This document shows positions 35,713 through 44,398 of a stretch of 45,063 nt of DNA, in pieces. A program made the position numbers and the translations under genes. The DNA is from Proteobacteria bacterium UBA7420. Lineage in GTDB: Bacteria > Pseudomonadota > Gammaproteobacteria > Magnimaribacterales > D2472. The notes under the pieces were generated by a model. The model was not told the origin of the DNA. It did no database searches and saw only the letters and a list, made by a program, of their open reading frames with translations. Location of the stretch: contig DKMG01000095.1 of assembly GCA_002469975.1 (NCBI GenBank), positions 1-45,063 of the forward strand. The letters run 5' to 3'. How positions within the stretch are numbered: the first letter of the stretch is position 1; each line of letters begins with the position of its first letter.

Positions 35713-36855
35713 ATGAACAATCTTTCTAATAGAGTCGGCATTATTGGTGGAGGAATAGCTGGCCTCACCCTTGGCTGCACTTTATTAAAAGAAGGAATTC
35801 CAGCTATTATTTTTGAACAGTCATCTGAAGAAAAATCTCACGGGGCTGCAATATCGCTTTCTCAAAACGCACTTTGTTTATTGGATAGAATAAATATTTT
35901 AAGTAACTTAAAAAATCAATCTTCCATTACTACGACAGCCTCCATTAACAGTCCGCTACAAAAAATTTGTGAATTCAAAACCCCAGAGGTTCTGACGACG
36001 CGCAGACAAATATTAATGACTCTTTTGCTAGAACAATACACAAGCCTAGGAGGAGAGATTCTTTATAACCATATTTTTAAAAGCTTTGATCAAAATAGCT
36101 GTGAAGCTTCATTTGATAATCATGAAAAATATTTTTTAAGCCATCTTGCAGCATGTGATGGCATTCGATCTTCCATTCGCGATCAGTTCTTTGCTTCAAA
36201 TCAACAACCAAAATATAGTGGTTACACTGCATGGCGAGGTATAGGCAAAGGTAATCTTCAGAGTGTACATTTTACCTTGGGCCCCAGCAGTCATATTGTT
36301 TCTTATCCTATTAATAGTGATGGTGATGTCAGTTTTGTAGCCTGTGCCAAAGAGGAATATGAATTTACAGAATCATGGAAAGAGGAGGGGTCATTCAATG
36401 ATTTGTTGGATGATTTTTCAAACTATGATCCAAAGATTTTTCCTGCCATCGAAGATTCTATGAAATTATATAAATGGGGCATATACATCAGACCTCCACT
36501 TAAATCGATGATAGCCGATAACCTAACCTTGATTGGTGATGCTGCTCATCCCATGGTTCCATTTTTAGGACAGGGCGCATGCATGGCTATCGAAGATGCG
36601 TATGCATTTGGGATGCTATGTAAAAAAACTAATGGTAATTTTCATGAAACACAAAAAATATATAACTTTATAAGGAGCAAGCGCACTAATAAAATTCAGA
36701 GAATGTCTATGAGACAAGGAAAAATCTACCACATGAAAAATCCATTACTGGTTTTCGCGCGCAATGCTGTAATGCGATTCACTAATATTCCAGGCAATGA
36801 TTTACAAAGTATTCATGATTATGATGTGGACAATGCAATAAAAACTCACGCATAA
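35713..36855 (+). CDS. FAD-dependent aromatic-ring monooxygenase (salicylate-hydroxylase/UbiH-like)
   Basis: VGIIGGGIAGLTLGCTLLKEGIPAIIFEQ (GxGxxG), CDGIRSSIR and LIGDAAHPMVPFLGQGACMAIEDA motifs. 380 aa. Confidence 0.82.
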   Translation: MNNLSNRVGIIGGGIAGLTLGCTLLKEGIPAIIFEQSSEEKSHGAAISLSQNALCLLDRINILSNLKNQSSITTTASINSPLQKICEFKTPEVLTTRRQILMTLLLEQYTSLGGEILYNHIFKSFDQNSCEASFDNHEKYFLSHLAACDGIRSSIRDQFFASNQQPKYSGYTAWRGIGKGNLQSVHFTLGPSSHIVSYPINSDGDVSFVACAKEEYEFTESWKEEGSFNDLLDDFSNYDPKIFPAIEDSMKLYKWGIYIRPPLKSMIADNLTLIGDAAHPMVPFLGQGACMAIEDAYAFGMLCKKTNGNFHETQKIYNFIRSKRTNKIQRMSMRQGKIYHMKNPLLVFARNAVMRFTNIPGNDLQSIHDYDVDNAIKTHA

Positions 36856-36901
36856 AAAGCATCCACATCAGTTAAGACTTGATTCTGACGATTAGGGTTA
36901 A

Positions 36902-37750
36902 TTAATCCAGATCACTTGCATCATGACGCTCAGGAATAGCATTATCTTCTGGGCTAGGAGCTCTTCCAACTCTTGATCCTCTTTTATAGGCCGGACGCTC
37001 TGCTATTTCTTTGGCCCAGCGAGTTACATGCTTATAGGATGCTACATCTAGAAAAATAGATGCATCATAAATGTTGCGGAGCACCAAAGTGCCATACCAA
37101 GCATGCACGGCTATATCTGCTATATTGAAAATATCCCCACACAAATATTGTCTTAAAGATAAATTTTTATCCAAGACATCCAGCTGACGTTTAACTTCCA
37201 TAGAAAATCTATCAATAGGGTATTCAAATTTTTCTGGCGCATAAGCATAAAAATGTCCAAAACCACCTCCTAGATAGGGTGCGCTAGCCATTCCCCAAAA
37301 GAGCCATGACATGCATTCTGCTTTTTCTGCGGGCTCTACAGGCAAGAGCTCACCAAACTTTTCTGCAAGATAGATCATTATGGCACCAGATTCAAAGACC
37401 CGCGTAGCAGGATTGGTGCTTAGATCGAGCAAGGCAGGAATTTTGGAGTTAGGGTTAATCTCAACAAAGCCGCTGCTAAATTGAGCGCCCTCACCAATGT
37501 TAATTAAAAAGGCATCGTATTCAGCTCCCACATGGCCTAATGCAAGCAATTCTTCTAATAGCACGGTGATCTTGATCCCATTGGGGGTGCCCAAGGAATA
37601 GAGCTGCAAAGGGTGTTTTCCAACAGGTAACTCTTGCTCATGGGTTGCTCCAGCAATAGGCCTATTTATATTGGTAAATTTTCCACCACTTTGATTATCC
37701 CATTTCCAAACTTTTGGAGGTGTATATTTTGATGAATCGCTCATATGCAT
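36902..37750 (-). CDS. yghU: Nu-class glutathione S-transferase, YghU-like
   Basis: Near-colinear with E. coli YghU as remembered: KVWKWD..GGKF.NINRP..G.THE..LPVGKHPLQLYSLGTPNG.K, GFGHFY, ERHDASD. 282 aa. Confidence 0.87.
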   Translation of the reverse strand: MHMSDSSKYTPPKVWKWDNQSGGKFTNINRPIAGATHEQELPVGKHPLQLYSLGTPNGIKITVLLEELLALGHVGAEYDAFLINIGEGAQFSSGFVEINPNSKIPALLDLSTNPATRVFESGAIMIYLAEKFGELLPVEPAEKAECMSWLFWGMASAPYLGGGFGHFYAYAPEKFEYPIDRFSMEVKRQLDVLDKNLSLRQYLCGDIFNIADIAVHAWYGTLVLRNIYDASIFLDVASYKHVTRWAKEIAERPAYKRGSRVGRAPSPEDNAIPERHDASDLD

Positions 37751-37813
37751 TCCTTTTAAATTGAAGCCAATAAAGTCTTGTCATATTTTGTGTCGTTCTC
37801 TGAATAAGCTAAG

Positions 37814-37828
37814 ATAAAGAATCTTTAT
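37814..37828. repeat. 7-1-7 perfect inverted repeat ATAAAGA-A-TCTTTAT upstream of the DUF3604 gene
   Basis: Read directly. It ends 6 nt before the GGGGG Shine-Dalgarno and 15 nt before the ATG at 37844. AT-rich, so chance occurrence is not negligible. Confidence 0.25.
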
Positions 37829-37843
37829 TATTTAGGGGGTTAT

Positions 37844-39928
37844 ATGAAACCAAGTAAATCTTTTATTGGTTTAATAATTGTATCATCAGCATTTATTTTT
37901 TATGCATCCGGTTTATATACAAATCTTCAAACCGATTCAGCTTTAGAAATAGTAGATTTTTCTATTATTAAGGACGCTGAACGTTCTCAGGACATACCCT
38001 CAAACCCTAACCGCAGTCCTTTTTATGGCGACCTACATGTCCACACAAAATATTCTTTTGACGCCTATATTTTTGGCGTCACAAACACCCCATATGATGC
38101 ATACCGATATGCGACAGGAGAGGGAATTACCCATCCCCTGGGATATGAAATGAAGTTACGGGAGCCCCTCGACTTTTATGCAGTGACAGATCATGGTTTT
38201 TATATGGGCATGGTAGAGAATTACGCTGATACCTCCTCTAAGATATCTCAACAAGAATGGACGAAGCCTTTTCATAACATTAATCGAGCTGATAATATCA
38301 CCCTTGCATCTGGACCTCAGAGGGCCAATATTTTTAGTTCAGTTTTAACCCAAGCTATTATCCAGCCCTATCCCTTATGGCACCCAAAAGTTATCCAAGC
38401 TTGGCTCACCAAAAACTTACAATTGGCGCTGACTTCATTTGATTATAATGTGCACAAGTCTGCATGGGCAGATGTAGCGAACGCCGCCGAAGAGTTTAAT
38501 AACCCAGGAACATTCACAACCTTTATAGGCTATGAATTTACTACCTCAACAGCTGTAGAGGGTGGCAATCTGCATAGAAATGTTATTTTTAATTCTTCGA
38601 ATGCTCCGATTAGACCTTGGACTAGAATTGATTCTTTAAACCCGGAAGATTTATGGACCTGGATGGATAGCTTAAGAGATAGAGGCGTAGATTCGCTGGC
38701 TATCCCACACAATAGCAACGGCTCTAACGGTCAAATGTTTGAAGTAGAGACTTTTAGAGGAAATCCGATTGACCTTGCGTATTCTGAACAACGGATGAGA
38801 AATGAGCCAGTTGTTGAAATAACTCAAGTTAAAGGCACCTCTGATACTCACCCACTGCTTTCCCCAGATGATGAGTGGGCAGATTTTGAAATCATGAATA
38901 AGCGGGTTGGGAGCAGACCTCCTTCATACAGCATGCCGCAAGGTGGTTATGTGCGAGATGCTTATTTAAGAGGCCTAACTTTGGACTGGAATAAGCAAGG
39001 CAACCCTTACAAATTTGGCTTAATTGGTTCCTCTGATACCCACACAGGAGCTGGATCTTTTGATGAGAATAACTACTGGTCAAAAGTTGGCATACTCGAT
39101 GGTACTGCTCAAGGCAGAGGATCTGTTCCCCTAACTGACGAGAGAATTGCGCAGTTAACCCAATACAGTGCGGCATATAATCAACCGCCATCTACTCAAG
39201 AGCTAGAAGGCAGAACCTATGCTGACACTGGTTTTGAGCAGTGGGGAGCTTCAGGCTTAGCAGTCGCCTGGGCAGAAGAAAATACAAGAGATTCAATCTT
39301 TAAGGCCTTTAAAAGAAAAGAAACATTTGCAACAACAGGAACAAGACTAGCTGTCAGATTTTTTGCTGGGTATGACATGGACTCTATTGCGCTAGATTCT
39401 GAAGATATGGTGCAAGAAGCCTATGCCAAAGGCGTCACCATGGGCGCTGATTTATTTGCAAGTAACAATCAAGTGCCTCAGTTTTTAGTATGGGCACAGC
39501 GTGATAAAAATGGAGCTCCTCTGCAGAGAGTGCAAATCATTAAAGGTTGGGTAGAGAATGGATCTGGAACTCCTCATGAGAAAATCTATGATGTTGCCTG
39601 CTCTGATGGTTTAGCGGTAGATTCTTTGACTAACAGATGTCCTGATAATGGAGCAAGAGTTAATATCAATGACTGCTCTATTTCAAATGATGTGGGCGCA
39701 GTAGAATTAAAGACTACTTGGACAGACCCTGATTTTGATCCTGCCATCAAAGCATTTTACTACGTGAGAGCTCTCGAAAATCCTTCTTGTAGATGGTCTA
39801 CCTGGGATGCTGTGAAAGCTGGGGAGACGCCTAGACCTGATCTTCATCAGACAATACAAGAACGCGCTTGGTCCTCTCCTATTTGGTACATTCCAGAACA
39901 GAGCAAGGTAGAGATTAATATCTTATAA
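37844..39928 (+). CDS. DUF3604 protein (exported/anchored PHP-like metal-dependent hydrolase fold)
   Basis: N-terminal hydrophobic anchor FIGLIIVSSAFIFYA, then FYGDLHVHTKYSFDAY (HxH), YAVTDHGF and AIPHNSNGSNG metal-ligand-like motifs. 694 aa. Confidence 0.75.
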   Translation: MKPSKSFIGLIIVSSAFIFYASGLYTNLQTDSALEIVDFSIIKDAERSQDIPSNPNRSPFYGDLHVHTKYSFDAYIFGVTNTPYDAYRYATGEGITHPLGYEMKLREPLDFYAVTDHGFYMGMVENYADTSSKISQQEWTKPFHNINRADNITLASGPQRANIFSSVLTQAIIQPYPLWHPKVIQAWLTKNLQLALTSFDYNVHKSAWADVANAAEEFNNPGTFTTFIGYEFTTSTAVEGGNLHRNVIFNSSNAPIRPWTRIDSLNPEDLWTWMDSLRDRGVDSLAIPHNSNGSNGQMFEVETFRGNPIDLAYSEQRMRNEPVVEITQVKGTSDTHPLLSPDDEWADFEIMNKRVGSRPPSYSMPQGGYVRDAYLRGLTLDWNKQGNPYKFGLIGSSDTHTGAGSFDENNYWSKVGILDGTAQGRGSVPLTDERIAQLTQYSAAYNQPPSTQELEGRTYADTGFEQWGASGLAVAWAEENTRDSIFKAFKRKETFATTGTRLAVRFFAGYDMDSIALDSEDMVQEAYAKGVTMGADLFASNNQVPQFLVWAQRDKNGAPLQRVQIIKGWVENGSGTPHEKIYDVACSDGLAVDSLTNRCPDNGARVNINDCSISNDVGAVELKTTWTDPDFDPAIKAFYYVRALENPSCRWSTWDAVKAGETPRPDLHQTIQERAWSSPIWYIPEQSKVEINIL

Positions 39929-39945
39929 ATTTAAGGAACACCAAG

Positions 39946-40746
39946 TTGAATCTCAGAATACTGGTATTTTTTTTCATTGGCTTATTCATTTTTATAATTG
40001 ACACTGGCTTAAATTCTGACGAGAGCTCTAAAGATATTTATATTTCCGATCAAGAGTTATCGAGCCTGCTATCAGCATGGACATCTCAGGTGGGGCGCGC
40101 CCCAACTGATGAAGAAGTAGTAAATATAATAAACAATCTAGTGCAAGAAGAGATTCTTTATAGAGAAGCGTTGCTTTTAGGCTTGGATCAAGAGGATAGG
40201 ATCATTAAGAGACGACTGGCACAAAAACTTACTTTTTTAAAACAAGAAACAATGCCCGTAGACCCAACCGAGCAAGAGCTACTAGATTTTTATGAAAGCA
40301 ACAAAGCTAAGTACTTTATGCCGCCAACCTATTCTTTTAAGCATCATTATTTCAGCAAGGAATCTAATGCAATAGAGCGTGCTAATAATTCTTTAAATGC
40401 TTTGATAGATGGTGATATGGAGCTCACAGGCGATCCTTTTTTTCTTGGTAAAAACTTTAATCAAAATACTGCAGCCGAGATTGAAAGAAGCTTTGGAGCT
40501 TCTTTCTTGTCAGCATTTGATCAGCCAAAATTAAATCAATGGTCGGGACCTCACGAATCCGCTTTTGGCGAGCATTTGCTTTTTATCACAGATACCTCAG
40601 ATGGTTTTTTTCCACCATGGAATAAAATTGCAGCCAAGGTTACCCAAGACTATGTAACCAAAACTCAGGACGACGCCGTGAATTTATACCTGAATGAAAT
40701 TAAATCCCAGTATCGAGTCATTATTAATCCAAACTATCAATTCTAA
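39946..40746 (+). CDS. Membrane-anchored PpiC/Rotamase_2-like peptidyl-prolyl isomerase/chaperone-like protein
   Basis: N-terminal TM (ILVFFFIGLFIFII), SurA/PpiD-like helical region (EEILYREALLLGLDQEDRIIKRRL) and C-terminal SAFGEHLLFI. TTG start 17 nt after the DUF3604 stop. Confidence 0.55.
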   Translation: MNLRILVFFFIGLFIFIIDTGLNSDESSKDIYISDQELSSLLSAWTSQVGRAPTDEEVVNIINNLVQEEILYREALLLGLDQEDRIIKRRLAQKLTFLKQETMPVDPTEQELLDFYESNKAKYFMPPTYSFKHHYFSKESNAIERANNSLNALIDGDMELTGDPFFLGKNFNQNTAAEIERSFGASFLSAFDQPKLNQWSGPHESAFGEHLLFITDTSDGFFPPWNKIAAKVTQDYVTKTQDDAVNLYLNEIKSQYRVIINPNYQF

Positions 40747-41699
40747 TGCTTCAAAGGTTTTGTAGAGTTTTGATTCTTGCACTTTGCTCCTCTTCACTTT
40801 TTGCGCACGAATTTAATCCTGCCCATTTGGTTGTGGACGAAGTCCAGAACAATACCTATAAAGTGAACTGGATGTATCCATCTAAAAACATAGGATCACG
40901 GGCCGGGGTCTTATTCCCAGTAGGCTGTCAAAGGGAAGGACAGTCACCCATTCAAAAAGGAAAGTATTTAGTTGAAACACTACTATTAACTTGCGACCAA
41001 TCACTCAAGGGTCAGGTTATTGAGGTAAGAAATTTAAGTGTTTTGACCGATGCACTGGTCACTATCTCGCACTTAAACGGAGAAGTTTTTGAGGGTCTGA
41101 TTAATCTCAAGCGATCGTCCCTCACTGTCCCACTCAAAGAGCAAGTTTATCCTTTGGGCTATTTTAGCTTAGGCATTGATCACTTAATGAGTGGCAAAGA
41201 TCATATCTTATTTATCCTAGGCTTACTTTTTTTAGTATCGGGCCTCCTTAATACAATCAAAACCATCACAGCTTTTACATTGGCACACAGCGTCACACTT
41301 GGTCTGTCTGTATTTGAGGTAGTCACATTGCCGCAAGCTACGGTCGAAGCAATTATCGCCTTGACCATTATTTACCTCGCCATTGAGATCAGTGATCGCA
41401 AGCGTTACGCATCAACTCCATGGCTTATCGCCTTTGGATTTGGATTACTGCATGGGCTTGGATTTGCAAATGCCTTAACAGGCATTGGGATTGGCAATGA
41501 GCAGCTATTCCTGTCCCTCTTATTTTTTAATCTTGGGATTGAAGCTGGGCAATTATTGCTACTCCCTATATTTACTTTTTTGATCTGGTTGGCTCATCGA
41601 TTCAATTTATACAAACAATCCGCCACACTGACTTCATTGATTTTAGGTGGCATGGGTTTTTTCTGGCTCATTGATAGAACCCTTAGCATCCTAGGCTGA
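40746..41699 (+). CDS. HupE/UreJ-family membrane protein with an extra N-terminal periplasmic domain
   Basis: Signal peptide ending SSSLFA|HEF, about 120-aa soluble region, then GIDHLMSGKDHILFILGLLFL and GLLHGLGFA helices typical of HupE_UreJ_2. The ATG overlaps the preceding TAA by 1 nt. Confidence 0.75.
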   Translation: MLQRFCRVLILALCSSSLFAHEFNPAHLVVDEVQNNTYKVNWMYPSKNIGSRAGVLFPVGCQREGQSPIQKGKYLVETLLLTCDQSLKGQVIEVRNLSVLTDALVTISHLNGEVFEGLINLKRSSLTVPLKEQVYPLGYFSLGIDHLMSGKDHILFILGLLFLVSGLLNTIKTITAFTLAHSVTLGLSVFEVVTLPQATVEAIIALTIIYLAIEISDRKRYASTPWLIAFGFGLLHGLGFANALTGIGIGNEQLFLSLLFFNLGIEAGQLLLLPIFTFLIWLAHRFNLYKQSATLTSLILGGMGFFWLIDRTLSILG

Positions 41700-41708
41700 G
41701 ATTCAGCT

Positions 41709-42932
41709 TTAAATAAATTGCTGATAGTCTATAGCAGCATTCTTATCTATGCTTTTAGTTGCAGGAGGCATAGGATATTTTAATCCAGTGGCACAATTAA
41801 ATAGAATGACTTGGTCGCCCGGGCTAATTATATTTTTTTCAATGGCTGCTTGATATCCTGCGGCAGTAGCAGCCCCTTCTGGGCAAAGTAGCAAACCGTC
41901 TTGCTTTGCAATGAGATCTCTGGTTTCCATAATCTGTTCATCATCTACCGCAAGGGCACATCCATTAGATTGCCTAATCGCCTGAAGAATTAAAAAATCC
42001 CCTATGGCTATTGGGACTCTTATCCCCGAGGCAACGGTATACGCATCTTCCCATAAAGGGGCATGATCCAAGCCCTCATTAAATGCCTTCACAATAGGTG
42101 CGCATCCAGATGATTGAATGGCAATCATTTTCGGCAGCTTGCCTGTTAACCAGCCTAAGGTCTTAAGCTCTGCAAAAGCCTTCCACATACCAATTAATCC
42201 AGTTCCCCCTCCAGTGGGGTAAAAAATTGCATCAGGCATCTTCCAATCTAGCTGCTCTGCTAGCTCAAAACCCATGGTTTTCTTACCTTCAATTCTGTAG
42301 GGCTCTTTCAGGGTTGAGACATCAAACCAACCAGTTTCTTCTTTGCCTGCTAAAACTATTTTTCCACAGTCATTGATGAGCCCGTTGACCAGATACGTAT
42401 CTGCTCCTTGTAGTTGAATTTCTTGCACATTAATCAATGGAGTGTCATCTGGACAAAAAACAGTTGCTTTCATGCCTGCATGTTTAGCATAAGCAGCTAA
42501 TGCAGCCCCAGCATTACCATTGGTTGGAATTGCAAGGTGCCTTAAACCGAGTTGATGCGCCATAGACACAGCAAGACATAGACCTCGCGCTTTAAAGGAT
42601 CCTGTTGGGAGTCGCCCCTCGTCTTTGACAATAATATTTCCTTCGATACCTCCAAGCAACGCGGCACTTTTTTTCAGCGGAACCAAAGGAGTCAGTACCT
42701 CCCCCAAAGAAATTCTAGATTCATTTCTGGATACAGGTAGCAGTGCCTGATATCGCCAAAAACCTGGAGCAGATTCAACACACCAATTCTCTCTGGTGAG
42801 GTCGCTCTTCATTTTATCAAGATCGTATTTCACCAACAATGGTTTGCCAACCTCCGAGAGGTTGTGGACCTCATCTGCTGGATAGACTTTGCCTGTGGCC
42901 GAGCACTCTAAATGAGTAATGTAAGACTTCAT
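41709..42932 (-). CDS. thrC: Threonine-synthase-family PLP enzyme (short ThrC type)
   Basis: LPTGSFKARGL (PLP lysine), PTNGNAGAALAAYA and YPTGGGTGLIG motifs. 407 aa. The residue after FK is A rather than the D I remember in ThrC. Confidence 0.7.
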   Translation of the reverse strand: MKSYITHLECSATGKVYPADEVHNLSEVGKPLLVKYDLDKMKSDLTRENWCVESAPGFWRYQALLPVSRNESRISLGEVLTPLVPLKKSAALLGGIEGNIIVKDEGRLPTGSFKARGLCLAVSMAHQLGLRHLAIPTNGNAGAALAAYAKHAGMKATVFCPDDTPLINVQEIQLQGADTYLVNGLINDCGKIVLAGKEETGWFDVSTLKEPYRIEGKKTMGFELAEQLDWKMPDAIFYPTGGGTGLIGMWKAFAELKTLGWLTGKLPKMIAIQSSGCAPIVKAFNEGLDHAPLWEDAYTVASGIRVPIAIGDFLILQAIRQSNGCALAVDDEQIMETRDLIAKQDGLLLCPEGAATAAGYQAAIEKNIISPGDQVILFNCATGLKYPMPPATKSIDKNAAIDYQQFI

Positions 42933-43895
42933 TTAAGAGTGTGTTGTTCCAAAGTTATCAGTTGCTTTGATTAACTCGTGAATAATTTCTGGCTCAAATG
43001 CTGTATGGCCTGAAAATGGGGCAATCACCAAAGAAGCTTCTGGCCACACTGCAGCTAGCTCATAGGCGGTTTGCGCTGGACATACCATGTCATACCTCCC
43101 CTGAACAATAGTTGCTGGAATACCTCTTATGGCCTCAACCCCTTTTAACAATTGATCTTCAGTTTCAAGAAAACCATGATTCATAAAATAATGATTTTCA
43201 ATGAGGGCAAATGCAAGAGCAAACTCTGGATTAGAAAAATCCTCTACCCTTGATGGCGAGTAATCCATGCTGCTGCATGCAGCTTCCCAGCGTGACCAGG
43301 CAATAGCAGCATTTAGGCTTTTCTGACGGTCTGGGCCAGTAAATATTTCATGGTATGCCAGCATGAGATTTGCGCGCTTATCAATGTTAATAATCTTTAT
43401 AAAATCTGCCCAGGCCTCTGGAAAAATATGGCTGGCACCGTCTTGATAGAACCAATGCAGCTCTTTTTTTCGTAGAAGAAATATTCCTCTTAGAACCATT
43501 TCACTGACAGAGGTCGGATGAGTTTGCGCATAAGCTAGTGCCAAGGTGCTTCCCCAAGAGCCCCCAAAAACTAGCCATTTATCAATTATTAATTTTTCTC
43601 GAAGAGATTCGATGTCCCTTACCAGGTCCCAGGTTGTGTTATTTTCTAAACTAGCATGTGGCTTACTTCTGCCACAACCCCTCTGATCGAAAACAATAAT
43701 TCGATATGTATCAGGATTAAAAAACCTTCTTACATTTTCGCTTCCACCCCCGCCTGGTCCCCCATGTAAAAAGATAGCAGGTTTTCCTTGGGGATTTCCG
43801 CACTGCTCATAGTATATTTTATGCCCATCTGCATCCATAAAACCAGTCTCATAGGGCTCACACAAGGGGTAAAGTATATTGTGATCATGCAGCAT
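42933..43895 (-). CDS. pip: Prolyl aminopeptidase (proline iminopeptidase)
   Basis: HGGPGGG oxyanion loop, VFDQRGCGRS and GGSWGSTLALAYA nucleophile elbow. 320 aa. Confidence 0.92.
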   Translation of the reverse strand: MLHDHNILYPLCEPYETGFMDADGHKIYYEQCGNPQGKPAIFLHGGPGGGGSENVRRFFNPDTYRIIVFDQRGCGRSKPHASLENNTTWDLVRDIESLREKLIIDKWLVFGGSWGSTLALAYAQTHPTSVSEMVLRGIFLLRKKELHWFYQDGASHIFPEAWADFIKIINIDKRANLMLAYHEIFTGPDRQKSLNAAIAWSRWEAACSSMDYSPSRVEDFSNPEFALAFALIENHYFMNHGFLETEDQLLKGVEAIRGIPATIVQGRYDMVCPAQTAYELAAVWPEASLVIAPFSGHTAFEPEIIHELIKATDNFGTTHS

Positions 43896-43914
43896 AAAAT
43901 AAATTTAGATAACG

Positions 43915-44397
43915 CTAATCTCTAAAATTATCAAACTGTAATGGCATATCATATTTTTGATCTTTAATTAACTGCATGATTTCTTGCAGCTCATCTCTTT
44001 TTTTGCCATTGATTCTAACGCTTTCGCCCTGAACAGATGCTTGAACTTTTACTTTAGACTGCTTGACCAGGGTCGTAATTTTTTTAGCTAGCTCTCTGTC
44101 GATGCCTTCTTGCAGACTAATAGATTGACGAGCCTCACCAGTTGCTGAGTCTATGGAACCAGGCTGGAGTGTTCTTAAATCAATACCTCGTTTCGCCATG
44201 GCTTCATGCAGCACAGGCTCCATTTGTTTAATCTGGAAATCTTCTTTTGCCAACAAAAGAATTTCTTTGGCGCTAAGTGAAAAAGATGCATTGGTTCCCT
44301 TAAAGTCAAACCTATTTTGTAAGACCCTGTTTGCCTGGTCTACAGCATTGGTTAACTCATGTTTATCTAGTTCTGATTTAATGTCGAATGAAGCCAT
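43915..44397 (-). CDS. yajQ: YajQ family nucleotide/cyclic-di-GMP-binding protein (UPF0234)
   Basis: MASFDIKSELDKHELTNAVDQANRVLQNRFDFKG is the canonical YajQ N-terminus. 160 aa. Confidence 0.92.
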   Translation of the reverse strand: MASFDIKSELDKHELTNAVDQANRVLQNRFDFKGTNASFSLSAKEILLLAKEDFQIKQMEPVLHEAMAKRGIDLRTLQPGSIDSATGEARQSISLQEGIDRELAKKITTLVKQSKVKVQASVQGESVRINGKKRDELQEIMQLIKDQKYDMPLQFDNFRD

Positions 44398-44398
44398 A

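Noticed and set aside
36856-36901. A possible terminator between the convergent monooxygenase and yghU genes.
   Set aside because: Only interrupted 3-4 bp complementary segments are present (TCAG..AAG A CTT..CTGA), with no U-tract.
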